From Alphaproteobacteria bacterium MarineAlpha9_Bin6 (GTDB lineage: Bacteria > Pseudomonadota > Alphaproteobacteria > UBA7887), in NCBI GenBank assembly GCA_002937585.1, contig PTKE01000004.1, positions 1 through 62,223 on the forward strand: DNA of 62,223 nt, written 5' to 3'. The notes beneath the pieces are model-generated. The model saw nothing but the letters and a program-made list of their open reading frames with translations, was not told the origin of the DNA and did not search any database. Every line of letters begins with the position of its first letter. Within the stretch, counting starts at the first letter, position 1. Position numbers and translations under genes: made by a program. Positions 9,410-18,626 of the stretch are shown piece after piece.

Positions 9410-10375
9410 ATGACTGCGTTAATTGAAGTTGGCTCGGTGTCAAAGCAATTTGGCTCCATACGGGCGGTTGACTCTGTTTCGTTCACGGTCAATCGCGGTG
9501 AAGTCCTGGGATTTCTTGGTCCGAATGGTGCCGGAAAGTCCACTACAATGCGCATTATTACAGGGTTTTTAACGCCAACGTCAGGTAGCGCTAGCGTTTG
9601 CGGGTATGACTTGGCGGAGGAGGGCATTGCAGCACGTGCGCGGCTAGGCTATTTGCCCGAGGGGTCGCCACTCTATGGGGAAATGACGGCTCTTGAATTC
9701 CTTCGGTTCACGGCAAGTGTGCGTGGTTTGTCGACATCCAAGGTTGCCGAACGGATCAAATGGGTAGTGGGGCAGCTCGGACTAGGCCCCGTGTTAGCGC
9801 AGCCAATTGAAACCCTTTCCAAAGGTTTCAAGCGCCGGGTAGGACTCGCGCAATCCGTGCTTCACGATCCTGATGTTTTGATTCTTGATGAACCGACCGA
9901 TGGTCTGGATCCTAATCAAAAACATGAGGTCCGCGGTCTTATTCGGACCATGTCTGCGCATAAGGCAATTATTATATCGACTCATTTGCTAGAAGAAGTT
10001 GACGCGGTATGTACACGTGCCATGGTCATCAATCACGGAAAAGTCATTGTAGATTGTACGCCGGACGAGCTGGCTTCCATGTCGCGTTATCGGAATGCAG
10101 TGACAGTATGTGCAAGCACGTCCAGTGGTGGTGACTTGCGGGTTACCCTGGAGGGTTTGGCTGGGGTCTCCAGTGTTGAGCATGTGCCAAAGGCAACCGT
10201 TAGCAACCGCTTCATTGCATTTCCTAAGGATGGAAAGTCAATTGTTGGTGAGGTCACTCGCCATTTGCAAGAAAAGGGTTGGGAAATTGAAGAACTTGAA
10301 GTCGATGGTGGGCGTCTCGATGAAGTTTTCCGTGACTTGACCACTACTGGGAGCGCTAAGAAGCCCCTTCATTAA
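9410..10375 (+). CDS. ABC transporter ATP-binding protein (ABC-2 / GldA-like)
   Basis: Walker A is GPNGAGKST, the signature is LSKGFKRRV and Walker B is VLILDEPTDGLD. The protein is 321 aa with a C-terminal extension. AAGGGAGAG lies upstream. Confidence 0.9.
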   Translation: MTALIEVGSVSKQFGSIRAVDSVSFTVNRGEVLGFLGPNGAGKSTTMRIITGFLTPTSGSASVCGYDLAEEGIAARARLGYLPEGSPLYGEMTALEFLRFTASVRGLSTSKVAERIKWVVGQLGLGPVLAQPIETLSKGFKRRVGLAQSVLHDPDVLILDEPTDGLDPNQKHEVRGLIRTMSAHKAIIISTHLLEEVDAVCTRAMVINHGKVIVDCTPDELASMSRYRNAVTVCASTSSGGDLRVTLEGLAGVSSVEHVPKATVSNRFIAFPKDGKSIVGEVTRHLQEKGWEIEELEVDGGRLDEVFRDLTTTGSAKKPLH

Positions 10376-10391
10376 GGCCAGCGGCATTAAA

Positions 10392-11126
10392 ATGATTCAG
10401 ATTCTGAGTATCTTTCGACGTGAGTTTTCTGGTTATTTTTCCACACCGATCGCGTATGTATTTATCGTCATTTTTCTTTTCCTGAACTGTATCTTCACGT
10501 TTTTTCTTGGTGATATCTACGCTCGAGGACAGGCTGATTTGGAGCCCTTTTTCACATGGCACCCTTGGCTTTATCTTTTTCTTGTGCCTGCCCTTGCGAT
10601 GCGCCTTTGGTCCGAAGAAAGGCGAGTTGGCACAGTAGAACTGCTTATGACACTTCCGGTTACAGTGTGGCAGGCGGTTCTGGGGAAATACCTTGCAGCT
10701 TGGGCGTTTACCGGTATTGCGTTAATGCTGACGTTTCCGGTTTGGATCACCGTCAATTATCTCGGAGATCCGGACAACGGCGTCGTTATCGCTGCCTACA
10801 TCGGCAGTTTCCTGATGGCAGGCGCCTATTTGGCTATTGGGGCTTGCATCTCAGCGTTAACAAAGAACCAGGTTATTGCGTTCGTTGTTGCGGTAGTCGT
10901 TTGCTTCCTTTTTACTATTACCGGTCTGCCAATGGTCACCAACCTATTCAGTTCTTGGGCGCCACAAGCCGTTATCGAAACGATTAGCTCGCTTAGCTTT
11001 GTTACCAACTTTCAGAATATTTCCCGGGGTGTCATTGATGCCCGGAATTTAGTTTACTTTGCTTCATTGATAGTGTTCTGGCTGTTTGTTAACACGCTAG
11101 TTGTTGGCAACCGTGACGGGGCGTGA
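10392..11126 (+). CDS. ABC-2 family permease (GldF-like)
   Basis: The ORF is 244 aa with about 6 hydrophobic helices. It starts 16 nt after the ATPase stop. Confidence 0.8.
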   Translation: MIQILSIFRREFSGYFSTPIAYVFIVIFLFLNCIFTFFLGDIYARGQADLEPFFTWHPWLYLFLVPALAMRLWSEERRVGTVELLMTLPVTVWQAVLGKYLAAWAFTGIALMLTFPVWITVNYLGDPDNGVVIAAYIGSFLMAGAYLAIGACISALTKNQVIAFVVAVVVCFLFTITGLPMVTNLFSSWAPQAVIETISSLSFVTNFQNISRGVIDARNLVYFASLIVFWLFVNTLVVGNRDGA

Positions 11127-11138
11127 GGGAGCAATTTG

Positions 11139-13079
11139 ATGAGCAATAAGCGAGGTAACAATAGAACTCTTTTTACAGGCGTGGCCTTAGCGCTCGGAGT
11201 TCTGCTTCTGATTTCGGTAAATTTGCTCGGCAACAGCGCATTTCGTAATCTTAGAGTGGACCTTACCGAAGACAAACTATTCACTTTATCAGATGGCACA
11301 GAGGGTTTGCTGCATACTCTTGAGGAACCTTTACTTCTTCGTTTGTATTTCAATCAAAATCTTGCCAACGAATTTCCCGCCATACGAGATTACGCGCGCC
11401 GAGTACGTGATGTATTGGCCGAATATGTGGCTGCGTCTAATGGAATGATCACGTTCGAAGTCATGAACCCAGAGCCGTTTTCTGATACCGAGGATGATGC
11501 GGCCGGTTTTGGCTTGCAAGGTGTGCCCGTGGACGCCGCAGGTGATCGCCTGTATTTTGGTTTAGTAGGCACTAATACGGTAGATGAACAATCGGTGATC
11601 GAGTTTTTCAGGCAGGAACGTGAGCCTTTTCTTGAATATGATTTGACCAGGCTTATTTATGAAATCTCGACAGCCAGAAAGCCCGTTGTTGGAGTGATTT
11701 CCTCATTGCCGGTCTACGGCGGGCCAGGGAATCCTCGAGCTGGTGAACCAGCGTTTAAGCCGCCCTGGGCCGTAATCACCCAGCTTGAACAGATTTTTGA
11801 AATGCGCCAAATCAATTTAGATGCTGGTCCTGTTGACGACGACGTCAACATTTTGTTGCTGATTCATCCGAGCAACTTGTCCGGTGTCTCACGTTATGAA
11901 ATAGACCAGTTTGTGCTCAATGGTGGTCGAGCGCTGATTTTCGTCGATCCATTATCCGAGGAAAGCGCCAAGACTCCAGATCCTGAGAATCCCTTGGCCC
12001 CAAAAAGTTCGGCATTACCTGATCTGTTCAAGGCATGGGGTATGGAAATAGTGCCCGGTATGTTGGTTGCGGATGCACGCGCCGCGCAACGGGTTCAAAC
12101 GTCTGAGCAAGGCCGAACCGTGGTTGTTCCTTATCTACCTTGGCTGTCGCTAGAAGCACCAAATTTTAACCCAGAAGAAGTTGCGACCAGTCAACTTGGG
12201 CGTCTCAATATGAGAAGCGCTGGACGTCTAGAGCCTGTCGAGGAATCGGAAGTTGAATTCATACCGCTGATTCAAAGCTCACCGGAATCTATGATGCTCG
12301 AGCGATTCTATGTTCAATTTGGCGGCAATCCGACAGCGCTTTTAGATAGGTTTGAGGCGCAGGGAATCCCATATACGCTTGCGGTTCGACTAAATGGAAA
12401 TGTGTCGTCGGCTTTTCCCAATGGACCGCTCAAGGCTGAAACTAGTGCCGGCGGGAGTGACGCGGGGTCCGAGCCTCTAGGCGAAGTGCCGGAAGGTCAT
12501 ATTTCTCAATCTGTGGAGCCTATAAACGTTGTTGTGGTCAGTGACAGTGACATGCTGGTCGATAGCACGTGGGTGCAGACCCAACGATTTCTGGGTCGAA
12601 CTCTAACTCTGCCGGTTGCCGACAATGGGGCTTTTGTTGCTAATGTTCTTGAGTTGTTAGGAGGCGGCGCAGACTTGATCGGTTTGCGCACGCGTGGCAC
12701 CGGACAACGGCCATTCAAGGTGGTTGATGATCTGCAAAGAGAAGCCGAGGCGCTCTTCCGGGAGACTGAAAATGGTTTGCAGCAGCGGCTTGAAGAGACT
12801 GAGAAGAAGCTGTCTGAAATGCGGTCTGGAGGCGGTGTTAATTTAGAAATGCTCTCCGAAGAAGAAGAGGCTACGATTGCAGCTTTCCAAAAGGATCTGA
12901 TCAGCATCAGAAAGCAATTGCGAGATGTACGTCATGAGTTGCGCAAGGACATCGAAGGATTGGGGACGATTTTAAAGGCTATAAACATTGGAGTCATCCC
13001 GATCATGGTCGGCATAATTGCAGTTTTTGTATCTTTGCTTCGACGACGCTATCGCCGACGTGCACTCGCAATGCAGTAG
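11139..13079 (+). CDS. GldG-like ABC-transport auxiliary component (ABC_transp_aux architecture)
   Basis: The track start is TTG 11136. ATG 11139 lies 7 nt after GAGGGAG. N- and C-terminal TM anchors (LFTGVALALGVLLLISV; GVIPIMVGIIAVFVSLL) flank a soluble domain of about 580 aa. The position directly after the ABC-2 permease matches gldA-F-G type clusters. Confidence 0.7.
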   Translation: MSNKRGNNRTLFTGVALALGVLLLISVNLLGNSAFRNLRVDLTEDKLFTLSDGTEGLLHTLEEPLLLRLYFNQNLANEFPAIRDYARRVRDVLAEYVAASNGMITFEVMNPEPFSDTEDDAAGFGLQGVPVDAAGDRLYFGLVGTNTVDEQSVIEFFRQEREPFLEYDLTRLIYEISTARKPVVGVISSLPVYGGPGNPRAGEPAFKPPWAVITQLEQIFEMRQINLDAGPVDDDVNILLLIHPSNLSGVSRYEIDQFVLNGGRALIFVDPLSEESAKTPDPENPLAPKSSALPDLFKAWGMEIVPGMLVADARAAQRVQTSEQGRTVVVPYLPWLSLEAPNFNPEEVATSQLGRLNMRSAGRLEPVEESEVEFIPLIQSSPESMMLERFYVQFGGNPTALLDRFEAQGIPYTLAVRLNGNVSSAFPNGPLKAETSAGGSDAGSEPLGEVPEGHISQSVEPINVVVVSDSDMLVDSTWVQTQRFLGRTLTLPVADNGAFVANVLELLGGGADLIGLRTRGTGQRPFKVVDDLQREAEALFRETENGLQQRLEETEKKLSEMRSGGGVNLEMLSEEEEATIAAFQKDLISIRKQLRDVRHELRKDIEGLGTILKAINIGVIPIMVGIIAVFVSLLRRRYRRRALAMQ

Positions 13080-13128
13080 TGCGAGCTTGTAGCGAATAAA
13101 TAGACTCCACAGGACATGATGAGAGGCC

Positions 13129-14271
13129 ATGAAGCGAAATAGTTTAATAGGGCTCGCAATAGCTGCGGCAGTGGTAGTTGTGCTGGCGGTTATGGTTGCA
13201 CAGCAACGAACCTCTGAAACAAAACCTGCCGGTGGTGGCGGACTTATGTTTGAAGGTCTGATAGGAAAAGTCAACTCGGTTGCATCGATCGAGGTCAATA
13301 ACGGTGACGAGGTCTTTACCATTACTCGTAAAGCCCAAAGTTGGGGAGTTGCTGAGAAATCTGACTATCCCGTTCAATTTGATTTGGTAAAAAAGACAAT
13401 TATGGGGGTTGCAGAGCTAGAACTTATCGCAGCGAAAACCAAAGATCCTGATCGACATGGAGCGCTTTTGTTAAACACACCAGAAGCGGAGGAGGGTGGA
13501 TCGATCGGTCTCGTCTTGGCCGATGACACGGGCGCCACCTTAGCGAGCTTGTTGGTCGGGAAGACTGTGCGTGCCGGGGGAGAACGTCGGTATGTTCGCC
13601 GCCGGAACGAAGATCAGACTTGGTTGGGTAGTGGTGGCATTGATGTGGGTAAAACACCACTGGACTGGATAGAAATCATACTTACTCAAATTCGCCATGA
13701 TCGGGTTCGGAAAATTACGCTCAGCCATCCGGATGGAGACCATGCTGTGCTGGAGCGAATGGAGCAGTCCGACTTTGATTTTACTTATATGGAAATTCCA
13801 GATGGCATGCGGGCACTTGCGCCAAGTAAACTTAACTCGGTCGGTGGGGCACTAGCGTTTCTGAGCATGAAAGACGTGCGGCTGGCCTCCGACATGAATT
13901 TCGATCCAACGGACGCAAGTGTTACTCGGTTTGAGACCTGGGATGGAGTAGTAGTAACGGTGTCCACCATCGAGGCAGACGAAAAAAAATGGGCGCGGTT
14001 TGAGGTTGAATTTGATGAATCTCTCGTTTTGGAGACAGTCCCTTCGGCAGCATCTGATGTTGATGAATCTGCGGAGGGGACAGAAGAAGTCGAGGATCCA
14101 CACGCTGTTGCGCGTGAAGAAGCAGGTACCATAAGTACTCGAACGCGTGGCTGGGCCTATGCTCTTGACGACCACAAGATGGACCAGCTTCGCAAGCGCA
14201 GTGAAGATTTTATCGAACCTGATTTACCGGATGAGGCAGATGGGTCCGAGGATTTGACCACAAACCAGTAG
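13129..14271 (+). CDS. Membrane-anchored protein, probably DUF4340 family
   Basis: The ORF is 380 aa with an N-terminal anchor (LIGLAIAAAVVVVLAVMVA) and an acidic tail. It is the fourth gene after a GldG-like protein, the usual position of DUF4340. The family assignment is from recalled context, not a search. Confidence 0.5.
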   Translation: MKRNSLIGLAIAAAVVVVLAVMVAQQRTSETKPAGGGGLMFEGLIGKVNSVASIEVNNGDEVFTITRKAQSWGVAEKSDYPVQFDLVKKTIMGVAELELIAAKTKDPDRHGALLLNTPEAEEGGSIGLVLADDTGATLASLLVGKTVRAGGERRYVRRRNEDQTWLGSGGIDVGKTPLDWIEIILTQIRHDRVRKITLSHPDGDHAVLERMEQSDFDFTYMEIPDGMRALAPSKLNSVGGALAFLSMKDVRLASDMNFDPTDASVTRFETWDGVVVTVSTIEADEKKWARFEVEFDESLVLETVPSAASDVDESAEGTEEVEDPHAVAREEAGTISTRTRGWAYALDDHKMDQLRKRSEDFIEPDLPDEADGSEDLTTNQ

Positions 14272-14287
14272 AAAGTTGCTCGTTTGG

Positions 14288-15175
14288 TTACTTGTTTTCT
14301 TCAGGTCCAAGCATAGCCGATCCTAAAGAACGCGGATCCCGCACTTCCCAGCGCCCATTGTCCACCGTTGTGATAAAAGCGTGGAGCACACTATTGAAGA
14401 CGTCAGGTTCTTCAAGGTTTATCGTGTGGCCGCTTCGTGGAAGTATGCTTAAACCAGCGCTCGGAATGGCACGCTTCAAGTAAAGCGCTGGCTCGAGGCA
14501 GGGTTCATCCTCGTCTCCGGTTACAATTAATGTGGGCACATATAGTTTTGTGAGTTGGCCTTCTAGATCGTACAGTGACGGCCGAGTTTTTTGATATCCG
14601 CGCATTGTATTAGCGGCGCCGGTTGCGGAATGTTGTCCTAGTTGAGTTTTGAACTCAGCCCATCCACGGGGGTTTTTGTTTTGAAACTGAACCCGAGTGC
14701 TTGACAACGAGTAGAAATCTGCAACGGCCACTGAGCCGTTGTTGTCATATTGAAGAGCTACTTTTTCGGCCTCACTCAAAAATTGCTCGCGATTGCCTTT
14801 GTCGGCACCATATCCACAACCCGTCACTGCAAGGCTGATCGCGCGCTCGGGGTGGCGCAGGCCGAAATGTAGGGTCGCAAAGCCTCCCATGGAAAGGCCA
14901 ACTATATGCGCTTTGTCGATCCCTAAGTGATCAAGAACGTTAACTGCGTCGTCAGCCTGATTTTCTTGGTTGTAGTCTGAAATATTGGCTGGAATATCTG
15001 ATGGTGGGTAACCGCGAGCGTTGTAACAGACACAACGATAACGGGTTGAGAAATATCGCATCTGAGGTTCCCAACTACGATGGTCGCCAGCAAATTCGTG
15101 AAGAAAAATGATCTCTGTCCCGGTTCCTGCCTCCTCGTAGTAAAGTTTAACCCCGTTTGAATTCGCATACGGCAT
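14288..15175 (-). CDS. Alpha/beta-fold hydrolase
   Basis: The track ORF extends to 15253. ATG 15175 has GGGAGGAG upstream and gives MPYANSNGVKLYYEEAG. The sequence has IIFLHEFAGD, the nucleophile elbow GLSMGG and a C-terminal SGH. Confidence 0.85.
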   Translation of the reverse strand: MPYANSNGVKLYYEEAGTGTEIIFLHEFAGDHRSWEPQMRYFSTRYRCVCYNARGYPPSDIPANISDYNQENQADDAVNVLDHLGIDKAHIVGLSMGGFATLHFGLRHPERAISLAVTGCGYGADKGNREQFLSEAEKVALQYDNNGSVAVADFYSLSSTRVQFQNKNPRGWAEFKTQLGQHSATGAANTMRGYQKTRPSLYDLEGQLTKLYVPTLIVTGDEDEPCLEPALYLKRAIPSAGLSILPRSGHTINLEEPDVFNSVLHAFITTVDNGRWEVRDPRSLGSAMLGPEENK

Positions 15176-15249
15176 GATTTGTTCTCCTCCCTTTTCCGCT
15201 AGGTTTTGAAGCGATACGTTACGGTAATAGTCCGAGATTGGACAACAGT

Positions 15250-15813
15250 TCAAAACAGAAAAAACTGTTTCTTAGTTATGGTGAGAGGCCATCGTCCAAC
15301 TTGGAATAACGCGAACTTCAGTTTTGCTGGGTGATGTGCAACAGTTTCCGTTAGCATGCTCAGAGCAGTGTCAAAAGCCGCCTCTGAAAATGCGCCGACT
15401 GCAGCCTTGGCAATTGAAATGTCGCCCGGGTTAGCGTGCTGGGCCGTTTCCAATGCAATATTGGCGGCTACCGAAATCGCTTTGAAGGAGTCTTCAAGAA
15501 GGGTTGCGCAACCGCCTGGCTTGTGTAGTTCATCGGCCTGGCGCCGAAGGTTATGCCGTTCAGTGATCTGCGCTGCGAGGAGTTCACGGTCCCAGCCCAA
15601 GTCACGGGCGGCACGACGAGCTCCGTCCCAACCAGGGACCGGTTCAATTCTTGTATTTCCCCTGTGGACGCTCCGTAAATACTGTTGAGCAAGTTGCTCC
15701 GTATGGCTATCAACCTCCATGCCAAGTTGGGTAAACCAGATACTATCTGTTAAGGATGTGAGAAAGCACGTAAATCGGGTTGAATGGCTAAATTGAGGGG
15801 CTGGGATGCTCAC
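15250..15813 (-). CDS. Hypothetical all-helical protein, translationally coupled to the di-iron oxygenase gene
   Basis: The ORF is 187 aa. Its GTG start overlaps the upstream stop (GTGA at 15810-15813). I recognise no family motif. Confidence 0.6.
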   Translation of the reverse strand: MSIPAPQFSHSTRFTCFLTSLTDSIWFTQLGMEVDSHTEQLAQQYLRSVHRGNTRIEPVPGWDGARRAARDLGWDRELLAAQITERHNLRRQADELHKPGGCATLLEDSFKAISVAANIALETAQHANPGDISIAKAAVGAFSEAAFDTALSMLTETVAHHPAKLKFALFQVGRWPLTITKKQFFLF

Positions 15814-16514
15814 GCGGGCGCTAAATCTGGCAGCCGCATTCCTAGTTCCTCAACAACTTTATGCGCTTGTGTTAGATAGTCGGCACGCATTTCTTCGTTC
15901 TTGCGTTGTTTGATTCCCCATTTCCGAAAAATCTCATTGTTGCGCGATTTGGGTCTCCCAAAAAAAGCTGGAAGCATTGGGAAATACTGGTCAATGGCAT
16001 CTTGAACGTCTCGTTGGCCCTGCTCTGTCTGGCATAGTTCTGCGCAGAAATCTTTACCGAACTTGGCGTGGAACCGTTCCTCGGGCATGGTCATGCGGGC
16101 TAGTTTTCGCAATGGATGGAAACTGCATTGGATCAAATCCTCTACTTGGAGGATTTCGGCTAGATCGGCCAATAGCTTAATCACGCAGAATTCTGCCCAA
16201 CTTTTTAGTGGGAACTCAAAAATCGACAACGGTTTTTTGGTTGCTGGCGACATGTCATGTAACTCGATACCCAGTTCTGTGCCAAGATCTTTGAAGCGAA
16301 CATGGTGTCCATATTCCTCCATTGCTACCCGGCATGTCAGCCACTTGGCGTAGGGGTCGGGAGCCAGCGCAATTGCCGGTTCGTCAAAAACCTGTGCACC
16401 ATAGAGTTCGTTGACAGCGTGGCTGATCACAATTTTTCGAACGGCTCCCTGGAATTCTTCTGGCATAGCACGAAACTCTTCAATAGTTTTCACCTGCTGT
16501 TGTGTAGCCATCAT
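15810..16514 (-). CDS. Ferritin-like di-iron carboxylate oxygenase, PaaA/BoxB-like
   Basis: The ORF is 234 aa. The full ligand set is visible: NELYG, MEEYGHH (ExxH), ADLAEILQVEDL and PEERFHAKFG (ExxH). FEFPLKSWAEF...SFHPLRKLARMTMPEERFH resembles the FNxPxxxWxD...SSYxPxARxxxKIxKEExxH region of PaaA as I recall it. AGGAG lies upstream. Confidence 0.6.
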   Translation of the reverse strand: MMATQQQVKTIEEFRAMPEEFQGAVRKIVISHAVNELYGAQVFDEPAIALAPDPYAKWLTCRVAMEEYGHHVRFKDLGTELGIELHDMSPATKKPLSIFEFPLKSWAEFCVIKLLADLAEILQVEDLIQCSFHPLRKLARMTMPEERFHAKFGKDFCAELCQTEQGQRDVQDAIDQYFPMLPAFFGRPKSRNNEIFRKWGIKQRKNEEMRADYLTQAHKVVEELGMRLPDLAPA

Positions 16515-16520
16515 GCACTC

Positions 16521-17453
16521 CTAGATCACAGGTTCTGTGTTGAAGGCTTCAAGGTCGGTCTCGAGAGCCGTGAAGCTTGACTTAAGGTCTTCATCAACTG
16601 CTACGGCCAAAGTATCCACCGACCAATCAGTCTCAGTGTTCACCGTTCGAGCCTTTGGTCGTGGCTGGTTAAAAATAAAAACCTCGCGTCCGCGTACGGC
16701 AAAAAGCTGGCCGGATACATGCTGCGCCTTTTCGTCACACAAATATGTGACGAAGGTTGCAACGTGGTCTGCCGGCAGGCGTAAAGCACGCGCTTTGTAC
16801 TTTGCTTGAGATTCATTGGCTGGCTGAATGGTTTCTGTTACTCGGGTGGTGGCGAATGGCGCTACCGCGTTACACGTGATCCCGGCCCTGGCCATATCTA
16901 GCGCAACTGCCCGAGTTAGCCCCAAAAGTCCAGCTTTTGCACTAGCGTATGTTGCTTGTCCGAAGTTGCCATAAAACCCAGCAGTTGAGGTGATATTTAC
17001 AATGCGTCCGTTTCTATAGTCTTTGTTAGCCTTGCTTTGCGCACGTAGCAACGGTGTTGCAGCAGCTAGCAAGTAATAAGCTGCTGAGAGATTAGTCTCA
17101 ATTACCGAGTCCCAATCGGTCGGGTCTCCTTTAAAAATAAATGAGTCCCTCAGGATCGCTGCATTATTAACCACAATGTCGATACGTCCAAAAGAGTCGT
17201 TTGCGTAATCTACTAAAGCTTTGGCCGCTGTCGGTGAGGTTAAGCCTTCAGTAAATGCGATCGAAGATCCGCCGATTTTTTCTGCCGCTGTGTGACCTAT
17301 CGTCGGATCCGGCTCTGTGCCATCAATTGATACTCCGGAGTCAGCAATAACAACGTTTGCGCCCGCCTTAGACAAAGCGTTAGCGATTGACAGACCGATG
17401 CCTCGACCGGCTCCAGTGACAATCGCAACGCGCCCATGCAGTGATTTCGTCAT
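16521..17453 (-). CDS. SDR with C-terminal extension, MFE-2-type (3-hydroxyacyl-CoA dehydrogenase-like)
   Basis: The ORF is 310 aa with TGAGRGIG, NNAA and YASAK, plus about 60 extra C-terminal residues. The ATG overlaps the reductase stop (ATGA at 17450-17453), and AAGGAGA lies upstream. Confidence 0.8.
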   Translation of the reverse strand: MTKSLHGRVAIVTGAGRGIGLSIANALSKAGANVVIADSGVSIDGTEPDPTIGHTAAEKIGGSSIAFTEGLTSPTAAKALVDYANDSFGRIDIVVNNAAILRDSFIFKGDPTDWDSVIETNLSAAYYLLAAATPLLRAQSKANKDYRNGRIVNITSTAGFYGNFGQATYASAKAGLLGLTRAVALDMARAGITCNAVAPFATTRVTETIQPANESQAKYKARALRLPADHVATFVTYLCDEKAQHVSGQLFAVRGREVFIFNQPRPKARTVNTETDWSVDTLAVAVDEDLKSSFTALETDLEAFNTEPVI

Positions 17454-18478
17454 TCTCCTTGGTCCAGTATGGCCTTTTCAGCCTCTGTGTAAAACGCGTC
17501 AGCGTGGCAGTCTTCGCGTCGAATACCAAGTAATTGGAACTTCTCCACTGCCATTTCAACCATCGCTGGCGGGCCTGCAATATACGCTTTGCAGCCATCC
17601 AGGTCATCAAAATCGGAGAGTACTGCATCAGTCACCAGGCCACTCCGATACTTAACTTGCTCTGATGGCTCGGACAAAACCGGCGTAAAGGTCAGGCTAG
17701 GATAATCCGTCGCCAATAGTTCAAGGGCATCGGTCATGTACAAGTCACGTTCATCCCTAACTCCTAAATAGAGATAAATGCTTTGCTTCATTCCAATTTG
17801 AAGTGCACTACCGACAATTGATTTTATAGGGGCTAAGCCAGTCGAGCCAGCGACTGCCAAAATGGGCCCGCGATGCAGTTTGCGCAAATAAGATACGCCG
17901 TAGGGACCTTCGACATTGACTCTGTCACCAACCTTAAGTTGATCTAGGATGTGGTCACTAACTTTTCCACCTGTTATGCGGCGAATATGAAACTCGAGAC
18001 GGTCTTCATCTGCACGGTTGGCCATCGAAAAATCACGCGGTGGTAGGCCAGAGAAGGTAAGCGCCGCATACTGCCCAGGGGAAAAACTAAAAGGACCTCC
18101 TCCGATCACATCGATTTGAATTACCCGGATGTCGTGAGTAGCTTCCGTAATGCGGCCAATTTTGCAGTCCATTACCCGATGGGGATGTGCGACGACCTCG
18201 TCTTGGTCCAGAGGGGCAATCTCACAATCGGTGAGCGGTACTGAGCGGCAGGCGAGAACCAATCCTTGGTCTCGCTCCGAGGTTTCCAATGCAAATTCGG
18301 AATAAGGAGCCAAGTCTACCTTGCCGGTAAATAGGCGTGATTTGCAGGCTCCGCAATTTCCCGATTGACAGCCGCACGGGTAGTCAATTTTTGCCGCCAA
18401 AGCAGCGTCAAGTATTGTCTGGCCATCGGCTACTTCCAGCTCTATGTCAAATGTACGAAAATGAACTTTGTGGGTCAC
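17450..18478 (-). CDS. 2Fe-2S ferredoxin-FAD/NAD(P) reductase (DmpP/MmoC/AscD-type oxygenase reductase)
   Basis: The ORF is 342 aa. The N-terminal plant-type cluster is CQSGNCGAC...ACRS. The FAD motif is RDFSMA and the NAD motif is GSTGLAP. The start is GTG. Confidence 0.85.
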   Translation of the reverse strand: MTHKVHFRTFDIELEVADGQTILDAALAAKIDYPCGCQSGNCGACKSRLFTGKVDLAPYSEFALETSERDQGLVLACRSVPLTDCEIAPLDQDEVVAHPHRVMDCKIGRITEATHDIRVIQIDVIGGGPFSFSPGQYAALTFSGLPPRDFSMANRADEDRLEFHIRRITGGKVSDHILDQLKVGDRVNVEGPYGVSYLRKLHRGPILAVAGSTGLAPIKSIVGSALQIGMKQSIYLYLGVRDERDLYMTDALELLATDYPSLTFTPVLSEPSEQVKYRSGLVTDAVLSDFDDLDGCKAYIAGPPAMVEMAVEKFQLLGIRREDCHADAFYTEAEKAILDQGE

Positions 18479-18626
18479 GGATTAACGGTTCCAGTTATTG
18501 AGTCTGGGTACTTTGTGCACTAACGCCCCTTGTAGTTCAATACAAGCTTCGCCCGAAGTTTACTGGACACCCTTGGGCTCGAACTCGTACAGTTCCAGCT
18601 ATAATCAAAAGCCTGAGTTTGAGCCA
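18479..18626. promoter_or_regulatory. Divergent control region between the reductase operon and the gentisate operon
   Basis: This is a 148-bp gap between divergent starts. A perfect TATAAT sits at 18600-18605, 21 nt upstream of ATG 18627. I could not identify a convincing -35 element or operator. Confidence 0.3.
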
